From: Fibrobacteria bacterium
GTDB taxonomy: Bacteria > Fibrobacterota > Fibrobacteria > UBA11236
Assembly: GCA_043732185.1 (NCBI GenBank)
Contig: JAYTHY010000122.1
Location: forward strand, 1 to 21,145
Direction: 5' to 3'
Length of the DNA: 21,145 bases
Shown: positions 1 through 6,283 of the stretch, piece after piece
Layout: each line of letters begins with the position of its first letter
Position numbering within the stretch: the stretch's first letter is position 1
Position numbers and translations under genes: made by a program
Notes under the pieces: model-generated
Database searches by the model: none
Told to the model about the DNA's origin: nothing
Seen by the model: only the letters and a program-made list of their open reading frames with translations

Positions 1-575
1 GCATTCAAGTAGTCGTAATAGGCTAGGAAGAATCCTCCCGTCCCGCAAGCCGGATCCGCCATGGTCTTGCCCGGCTTGGGTTGCAGGCATTCCACCATCA
101 CTCGGATCAGGGCGCGCGGTGTGAAATACTGCCCAGCCCCGCTCTTGGTATCCTCTGCGTTCTTCTCCAGCAGGCCTTCGTAAATATCGCCCTTTACATC
201 CGTTCCCAACATCACCCAGTTTTCCTGATTGATCAGGTCCACCAGCTTGTAAAGCTTGGCCGGATCCTGGATACGGTTTTGGGCCTTGAAAAAGATTTGC
301 CCTAGCATGCCTTTGGCTACACCTAACTTTTGGAGCACCTCAATATAATGTGCTTCCAACTCCGCGCCGGATTTCCCCTTCAGGCTGGGCCAAGCATACT
401 TCTTGGGGATTTCGGTATCTCGATTATAGGGCGGTTTGGAATATTCATCAGCCATTTTTAAAAACAGCAGATAGGTCAACTGCTCCACGTAATCGCCATA
501 GCTCACGCCATCATCCCGCAGGATATGACAAAAGTTCCAGACTTTAGCGACGATAGCGGCGGTAGATTCGGTCAT
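1..575 (-). CDS. hsdM: Type I restriction-modification methyltransferase subunit M, N-terminal part (runs off window start)
   Basis: Manual translation from ATG at 575: MTESTAAIVAKVWNFCHILRDDGVSYGDYVEQLTYLLFLKMADE...GDIYEGLLEKNAEDTKSGAGQYFTPRALI...DPACGTGGFF. Shows the HsdM N-terminal domain, the GQYFTP motif and SAM-binding motif I. Not in the ORF track because there is no stop in the window. Confidence 0.97.
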   Translation of the reverse strand, partial: MTESTAAIVAKVWNFCHILRDDGVSYGDYVEQLTYLLFLKMADEYSKPPYNRDTEIPKKYAWPSLKGKSGAELEAHYIEVLQKLGVAKGMLGQIFFKAQNRIQDPAKLYKLVDLINQENWVMLGTDVKGDIYEGLLEKNAEDTKSGAGQYFTPRALIRVMVECLQPKPGKTMADPACGTGGFFLAYYDYLN

Positions 576-577
576 GT

Positions 578-1594
578 TCAGTTTTTCCGGTTGATGAGAT
601 TGATGATGACTTTGACAATCAAGTCTTTTTCCTGCGCTTTGCTTTCGGCAACCATGAGGCATAGGGCGACCAAGGCATTGTCGGCAATCCGTTTGGTGCC
701 ATCGGCGCGATAAAGGGCGCGGTGGCGACTCAGGAACCACACGAATAAGAAGGCGGCGATGCGCTTATTGCCATCCACAAAGGAGTGGTTTTTGACTGTG
801 AAATACAAGAGGTTGGCAGCCTTTTCCTCGATGGACGGATACAGCTCATTGCCTCCGAAGGTCTGATAGATTGTGGCAATGGTGCTCTGGAAGGAAGCGT
901 CCTTTTCCCGGCCAAACAAGGCGCTGGATTGGTATTGAATCCCGAGTTCCGTGATCGCTTCCATCGCCTCTTTGTAGCTGATGGGTTTGGCCTTCCTACG
1001 GGTAGTGCCGGTTATTTCCAGGCTGGCATGGTCGTAGCCATCCAACACCTCTAAGGCATGGGCGAAATCATGGATGACGTCGATGACGCTGCCGACTTCT
1101 TCCGACGTAAGTGCGTTTGCATGGGTAGCCCGTTGCAAGAGTGCTACGGCGGATTTCAGCTCCTCGAATCGGTTTTGATTCTGCTCGATTACCTTTTTGT
1201 TCAGGGAAAATCCCTTCACCAAATGCTCTTTCAGGACTCCCGAAGCCCAGATACGGAACTGTGTTCCTTTCTTCGAATTTACCCGATATCCCACAGAAAT
1301 GATGGCGTCTAGGTTGTAGTATTCAATCTGCCGGTTGACGACCTTTGCCCCTTCTTTTTGAACTGTTGCAAAAAATGCAACAGTTTGATTTCTGGCCAAC
1401 TCCTTTGATTTGAATATATTTAGCAGGTGCCGACTCACAACGGACTTGTCTCGCTCAAATATTTCGGCAATCTGATTCAGAGAAAGCCAAAGCGTATCCC
1501 CATGCAGAGTTAACCTGACTTGGGGCGCTCCTTTGGTGGGTTGATAGATGACTGCATCCCCTCCGGGCAATGCCAAATTTTTCTTTGCTTTCAT
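578..1594 (-). CDS. RhuM-family DNA-binding domain fused to Fic/Doc domain
   Basis: RhuM signature (LWLSLNQIAEIF...YYNLDAIISVGYRVNSKKGTQFRIWA) plus C-terminal Fic/Doc motif HSFVDGNKRIA; stop lies 2 nt before the hsdM start. Confidence 0.92.
   Translation of the reverse strand: MKAKKNLALPGGDAVIYQPTKGAPQVRLTLHGDTLWLSLNQIAEIFERDKSVVSRHLLNIFKSKELARNQTVAFFATVQKEGAKVVNRQIEYYNLDAIISVGYRVNSKKGTQFRIWASGVLKEHLVKGFSLNKKVIEQNQNRFEELKSAVALLQRATHANALTSEEVGSVIDVIHDFAHALEVLDGYDHASLEITGTTRRKAKPISYKEAMEAITELGIQYQSSALFGREKDASFQSTIATIYQTFGGNELYPSIEEKAANLLYFTVKNHSFVDGNKRIAAFLFVWFLSRHRALYRADGTKRIADNALVALCLMVAESKAQEKDLIVKVIINLINRKN
1361..1385. repeat. Perfect inverted repeat (10-bp arms, 5-bp A spacer) inside the rhuM coding sequence
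   Basis: AACTGTTGCA-AAAAA-TGCAACAGTT; encodes TVAFFATV on the minus strand. Confidence 0.9.
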
Positions 1595-1623
1595 GCTCGG
1601 TCCAATTCCAATTCAGGTTAATT

Positions 1624-1650
1624 CAGTTGCGGCAAAAAATGCCGTAACTG
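1624..1650. repeat. Near-perfect inverted repeat (11-bp arms, 5-bp A spacer) upstream of rhuM; candidate operator or recombination site
   Basis: CAGTTGCGGCA-AAAAA-TGCCGTAACTG (one mismatch); shares the core GCAAAAAATGC with the repeat at 1361-1385. Confidence 0.8.
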
Positions 1651-1652
1651 GT

Positions 1653-1670
1653 GGGGGAAAGCTTTCCCCC
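1653..1670. repeat. Perfect 18-bp palindrome just downstream of the hsdS stop
   Basis: GGGGGAAAGCTTTCCCCC equals its own reverse complement; no U-tract follows on the minus strand. Confidence 0.8.
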
Positions 1671-1675
1671 TGGCC

Positions 1676-3328
1676 TCAGCCGCGCCTCTTGGCGGCGGTC
1701 ACTTTTCCCCCCTGCTGTCTTCCCCGGCGCGGCTTCGGCGCACCCCCTTCAACGGGGGTTCCAGGCCTTGCGGCAACGCTTCTCGTTTCCGAAGGGCTTC
1801 CACCCCCGTAACGCCCCCGCTCCTCTGTTGTCTGCCACTTCTTCGGGGCCTCGTCGCTGTCCGCGCGGTCCGCGCGGATCCGTTCCAGGAGTTTTTCGGC
1901 AGGCTCGTCGTTCGGGTCCTGGGGAACGAGTTTGCCTTCGAAGGCTTGCTTCAGGATGCTTTGGCGCAGGGATTCGGATTGGGCGAGGGCGGCGTCGAGG
2001 GTCTTGTCGAGGTTGTCGACTTCGGAAATAAAGTAATCGATTTCCTTAACGACTTCCATTTGTTCTTTTTCAGAGCAGATGGGAACAATAATATTCACCA
2101 TTCTTGTTAGGCCCAAATCTTGATTTCCTACACCATGGGTAAATTTTTGAGCTTGTAAGTAGCAGAGCTCCGAGTTCAGAGCATGTTGGAGATAAAATGG
2201 ATTTATCCCAATCACTGGTTTAAGGACCGCGACATGAACCCACACGCTAAATTCGACATCATAGGTATTTACTCGAGCTATCCCGGTTGTTCCACCCTTT
2301 GTGTATAGAACATCCCATTTTTCGGCATGGCATTTTTTCTTGAACTCCTCATGAAGTTCGCGGCTAACATATTTTGAGGAACTGAAGTCGATTCCGGCCG
2401 GTCGGATATTTCCTCCTGAAATAAAGGGAATTCCTTCGGCTGAATATTTAGGGCTAAAATGTGGCCCATCTTTTACCGACCAGACCATATCACCCAATGG
2501 CATTGATGCCCAGCCCATAGGAACTTTATGTGCCCTTGATAATTCACTTTCAATTCCTGATTGGGTAACCATTGGAACTTTTGGCGCCCTTTCACCTCGA
2601 CTCTTAGCTCTATTGGCCTCTTCGTCTAATTTCGATTGCCGACACGCTTGAATGTAGGACTTAAGTTCCGAAGAGGTCGGAATGGAATTATTTTCCCGCC
2701 ATTCTTTTGTAAGAACTCCTTCGAGACCCGCTTGAAATACGGATTTTCGATAGACCTTCAACTGCTCCTTGGCCTTTTTCAGCGAGGCGATACCGGCATC
2801 CAAATCGGAAAAAAGCTCTTCGATTTTGGCGACGATGCGGTGCTGTTCGGCAAGAGGGGGGAGGGGGAATGGGTAACCGTTTAGAGTCGATGGTTTTACC
2901 CTCATAAGAGACCCGCCAACCCCGGAAACATTTTGCGACAAAAAATCACGGAACTGCTTTTTCGAGAGAAAATACTGGAGAAATACTGGAACCATTTCAT
3001 TAGAAGGGAAAAATGGAATCCATTCGGTCGATGCAATTTTTGAATGAATGCTGTGGTTACCTACGACCCAGACCCTGTTGATATGGGGATTTATTTTACA
3101 AAGAAGAACTGTAGAGGGCTCGACTCGGAATTTATTTGAACCAATTTCCGCCCCATTTTTAATATCCGGTTGCAAAAACTCATGTGATGGGACACTGTAC
3201 AATTCAAATGTCTCATGCTCAAATTTCGAAGGGTCAATTCCTTGTTTTGAATCAAATCTAACGTGATCAAGCGTTGTCATAGCCCAGCCTAAAGGAGTCG
3301 TTTTAGCAGTAGGATTCTCCGGTTTCAT
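1676..3328 (-). CDS. hsdS: Type I restriction-modification specificity subunit S (two TRDs, extended basic C-terminal tail)
   Basis: Two TRDs, each beginning near a P-x-GW motif; conserved PLPPLAEQHRIVAKIEELFSDLDAG spacer helix; C-terminal LRQSILKQAFEGKLVPQDPNDEPAEKLLERI; located within the hsd locus. Confidence 0.95.
   Translation of the reverse strand: MKPENPTAKTTPLGWAMTTLDHVRFDSKQGIDPSKFEHETFELYSVPSHEFLQPDIKNGAEIGSNKFRVEPSTVLLCKINPHINRVWVVGNHSIHSKIASTEWIPFFPSNEMVPVFLQYFLSKKQFRDFLSQNVSGVGGSLMRVKPSTLNGYPFPLPPLAEQHRIVAKIEELFSDLDAGIASLKKAKEQLKVYRKSVFQAGLEGVLTKEWRENNSIPTSSELKSYIQACRQSKLDEEANRAKSRGERAPKVPMVTQSGIESELSRAHKVPMGWASMPLGDMVWSVKDGPHFSPKYSAEGIPFISGGNIRPAGIDFSSSKYVSRELHEEFKKKCHAEKWDVLYTKGGTTGIARVNTYDVEFSVWVHVAVLKPVIGINPFYLQHALNSELCYLQAQKFTHGVGNQDLGLTRMVNIIVPICSEKEQMEVVKEIDYFISEVDNLDKTLDAALAQSESLRQSILKQAFEGKLVPQDPNDEPAEKLLERIRADRADSDEAPKKWQTTEERGRYGGGSPSETRSVAARPGTPVEGGAPKPRRGRQQGGKVTAAKRRG
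1742..1809. repeat. GC-rich imperfect long hairpin (REP/MITE-like palindromic element) within the hsdS 3' tail
   Basis: ACGGGGGT (1752-1759) pairs with ACCCCCGT (1802-1809), enclosing GCCTTGCGG/CCGAAGGGC and AACG/CGTT stems; an alternative stem is ACCCCC (1742-1747) with GGGGGT (1754-1759). Confidence 0.5.
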
Positions 3329-4107
3329 TCGAGTTTCATTTCTGGCATTTCATCCCATGTTTTCCCATTGTACATTCTCCCCGACTTTTTCTTTCCAACT
3401 TTGACGCCATCTTCATTGAACGCGCCCCACTGCTTGAAAAAGAAGGCCACATCTGAATCCACACAGGCACGGTGAATGCTCTCGATCCACTCGGGTTTCA
3501 TGACTCTAGCGCGGTGCCCACTTTCTCCCCCTACGATGGCCCATGAGATGCCATTCAACTCGCCCCGTGCAAAATCGATCTCGCCGAGCAAGGGTTCAAA
3601 AGAAATGAACCTAATTGGAGCGGGAGTTTCTCGGAGTAGCGAAATTCGATTTTTATATATGGAAGATTCCACACTTACGCCCAACCAAATATGACTCGGA
3701 AACGTTGGTTTACTTTGGTCTCGGGAGTCCATAGAGGAGAATCGTTTGTTGACCCACTCCACCATTCTTTTTGGTCTTTTGGTAAGTACCTGATAAATGT
3801 GGTGGTCGGCCTGGATCATTGAGTCGAAAATCTTTTCAATAAATGAATCAGGAATTGTTTCCAGAAATAAATCGGACATGGAATTCACGAAAATAATCTT
3901 TGGCTTTTTCCATGAAGCCGGAATGCTCAGTTTTGCCGGCCATAGGGTCATGTCAAAGCCATTTTCAAAAGGATGGTCCTTGACGCCGCGGAATCGCTCC
4001 GCGAAAGTTTCTGCATAACAATTTTTACAGCCGGGGCTCACTTTTTTGCAGCCGGTAACCGGATTCCACGTGGCGTCAGTCCATTCGATTTTTGATCCTA
4101 GGCTCAT
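3325..4107 (-). CDS. DUF5131 / phage Gp37-Gp68 family protein (three-Cys, radical-SAM-like)
   Basis: SKIEWTDATWNPVTGCKKVSPGCKNCYA (Cx6Cx2C), IFVNSMSDLF, LTKRP, WLGVSVE, FISFEPLLG, IVGGESG and FFFKQWG are hallmark motifs; stop overlaps the hsdS start (ATGA). Confidence 0.93.
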   Translation of the reverse strand: MSLGSKIEWTDATWNPVTGCKKVSPGCKNCYAETFAERFRGVKDHPFENGFDMTLWPAKLSIPASWKKPKIIFVNSMSDLFLETIPDSFIEKIFDSMIQADHHIYQVLTKRPKRMVEWVNKRFSSMDSRDQSKPTFPSHIWLGVSVESSIYKNRISLLRETPAPIRFISFEPLLGEIDFARGELNGISWAIVGGESGHRARVMKPEWIESIHRACVDSDVAFFFKQWGAFNEDGVKVGKKKSGRMYNGKTWDEMPEMKLE

Positions 4108-4108
4108 T

Positions 4109-4966
4109 TTATAATCCCTCCAGAAAAGAGATTTGGGGGTTCGTGCCCTTCATGGCTTTTTTCCAAAAGTCGAGGCCGCGCGGGTGCTTTGTGAAGAACG
4201 CTAAATGGTAAAGCAGCTTCTGCGTACCAGTGACATGGACCGGCTTGAGGAACTGACGGCTATCCTGGTAACCGAGTTGCACCATACGATTGCAAAACTG
4301 TTCAACCACGAAGTCGGCGTTTTTGCGGCCCAACTTTTGGAATGTATCCCATTTTTGGCGCCAATCTGTGTCACCTAGGAACCGGTCCAGGGTTACATTG
4401 TCTTCATCTGAGTAGTAGGCGATATTCCTGCCGATATCCATGCCGGAAGGGATTAAAACCATAAAGTCCATTCGCTTAGTCCCCAGCTGTTCAATAATTT
4501 CGAACGAGAAGTTGCTGGTATTGAAGGGGTCGATGACGCAAAAGCAAAGGACCTTGAATCCGGGTTTGTGCTGAGGAATCGCCTGCAATATTTCATTGCA
4601 TGATGTCCGGGCATCTCCTTGGATGAAAATGGCATTAGCATTAGGAAACCGATTCGCAGCGCGAGTCTTTAAGGCTTCAAGCTTTTTAGGATTCAAATCG
4701 CAGAAAATATAGGATCCAAAGGGGGGATCGGTTTTTAGCGCCAACAATGCCGAAGTATCCACGCACTCTCCGGTTACCCGGATTTTTGCCCGTCCCGAAC
4801 CGGCGTACAAATCGACATAGGCCAAATGTTGCCAGAGGTTTTTCATACCCCCCGAAACAATCTTAGCGTAATAGGTAATTAGGGCATATTTTGTGGCCGA
4901 CCATGATCCGATCCATGGCGCGATGAGGCCATCGGAGTCCAGTGAATTTTCGTCTTTTCTCGGCAT
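4109..4966 (-). CDS. tcmP: Three-Cys-motif partner protein (TcmP-like, SAM-dependent methyltransferase fold)
   Basis: N-terminal GSWSATK, SAM-binding-like YVDLYAGSG, IDPF motif, C-terminal LYHLAFFTKHPRG; 1 nt upstream of the DUF5131 gene, its usual partner. Confidence 0.85.
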   Translation of the reverse strand: MPRKDENSLDSDGLIAPWIGSWSATKYALITYYAKIVSGGMKNLWQHLAYVDLYAGSGRAKIRVTGECVDTSALLALKTDPPFGSYIFCDLNPKKLEALKTRAANRFPNANAIFIQGDARTSCNEILQAIPQHKPGFKVLCFCVIDPFNTSNFSFEIIEQLGTKRMDFMVLIPSGMDIGRNIAYYSDEDNVTLDRFLGDTDWRQKWDTFQKLGRKNADFVVEQFCNRMVQLGYQDSRQFLKPVHVTGTQKLLYHLAFFTKHPRGLDFWKKAMKGTNPQISFLEGL

Positions 4967-5025
4967 GTTCGTGGTACTCTAAATTAATTCAACTGCTGGG
5001 TCAGAAAGTGTCCCCGAACACTTGT

Positions 5026-6183
5026 TCATTTCTTCCCGTCTTCAATCATTACGAACTCGTGGAAGTTTTCCGGTGTGATGACTTTGAATGCGCTGTCCGG
5101 GTAGGCGTCGAGGAACGGTTTAGGGTTTTTGGTCTTGGCTTTCGGGTTCCATTTGAATTCGTAAGCGTGCAGCCTGCCGTCGTATTCTTCGATGTAGTCG
5201 ATTTCTTTTTGGGTGTGCGTGCGCCAGAAGTACGGATTCACGTACTTTTCATGGTAGGCCAGTGTTTTCATGCGTTCCACGATGCAGAAATTCTCCCAAA
5301 GGCCGCCGGTATCGGCCCGTAGCGAGATGGGGATGAAATTCTGTATCAGGGAGTTGCGTATTCCCAGATCGTAGAAATAGATCTTGCGGCTGCGCTTGAT
5401 TTCGTTACGCATGTTACGGCTCAACGAGTGGAGTCGAAAAATCACAAACGCCTTCTCAAGCAGGTCGATGTAGCGTTCCACGGTTTCGGGATCGCTATTG
5501 ATGAGTTGCCCCACCTCGGGATAGGTGACTTCGTTACCCACCTGCAAGGCCAAGGCTCGCAAAAGCTTTTCGACCAATGCGGGTTTGCGAATCTGCTGAT
5601 AGGCCAAGATATCTTTGTACAGGGAGCCCTCGCACAGGTTGGCCAGCACCTTCTGCTCCATTCCTGGACCAGTGACCACTTGCGGGTAATAGCCATACTG
5701 CATGCGAATCGGCAGGAATTTCTTTTCCTCAAGGAATCCGGTATGCGCGACCATTTCTTCGAATGAGAGTGGATAGATGGATAGATTCCAGGCTCGGCCG
5801 GTCATGGATTCGTAGAGGCCGTGGGCCAGTTCCAGAGCGGAAGATCCGGTAACCAGGATTTGAATTTCCGGGTATTTGTCTACCAGCATTTTGACTACGA
5901 GACCGATGCTTTCGATCCTTTGCGCTTCATCGATGACGATCGTCGTTGCGCCGCCCAGCCCGTGCTTCAGGTTTTCCGGGTTGAGGATGGAAAGGAGTTC
6001 CCGGTCCGCGCCTATTTCGCCATTAATCCATTTGACATCGGGTCGAGTGGGGTTGAAAAGTTTTTGCATCAGGGTGGTTTTTCCCACCTGTCGTGGTCCC
6101 AAGACCACGATGGCCCGTCTTTTCTCGGGCGTAAATTCACCCAAATAGCCTTGAACCAGACTTTCTATTCGGCGGGGAATCAT
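5026..6183 (-). CDS. AAA+ ATPase (AAA_14) with DUF4143 domain and C-terminal PD-(D/E)XK-like region
   Basis: Walker A GPRQVGKT, Walker B IVIDEAQ, TGSS, KIYFYDLGIRN, GGLWEN, and FWRT..QKEIDYIEE...AYEFK. Confidence 0.92.
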   Translation of the reverse strand: MIPRRIESLVQGYLGEFTPEKRRAIVVLGPRQVGKTTLMQKLFNPTRPDVKWINGEIGADRELLSILNPENLKHGLGGATTIVIDEAQRIESIGLVVKMLVDKYPEIQILVTGSSALELAHGLYESMTGRAWNLSIYPLSFEEMVAHTGFLEEKKFLPIRMQYGYYPQVVTGPGMEQKVLANLCEGSLYKDILAYQQIRKPALVEKLLRALALQVGNEVTYPEVGQLINSDPETVERYIDLLEKAFVIFRLHSLSRNMRNEIKRSRKIYFYDLGIRNSLIQNFIPISLRADTGGLWENFCIVERMKTLAYHEKYVNPYFWRTHTQKEIDYIEEYDGRLHAYEFKWNPKAKTKNPKPFLDAYPDSAFKVITPENFHEFVMIEDGKK

Positions 6184-6283
6184 GGCCTAATTATAGTAAA
6201 AATCTATATTTATATCTTTTAAATATCATAAATTATAAAAATATAATCGTATAAATATCATTAAATATACGATTATGATGAAA
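6184..6283 (-). promoter_or_regulatory. AT-rich internal promoter region for the ATPase: TATAAT -10 box 6 nt from the ATG, with an 11-bp inverted repeat
   Basis: TATAAT on the minus strand at 6190-6195 with no SD before the ATG at 6183; perfect IR ATAATCGTATA (6243-6253) / TATACGATTAT (6266-6276); direct repeat TAAATATCAT at 6220 and 6252. Confidence 0.6.

Noticed and set aside
1653..1670. Rho-independent terminator after hsdS
   Set aside because: Strong stem but no U-tract on the coding strand; kept only as a palindrome.
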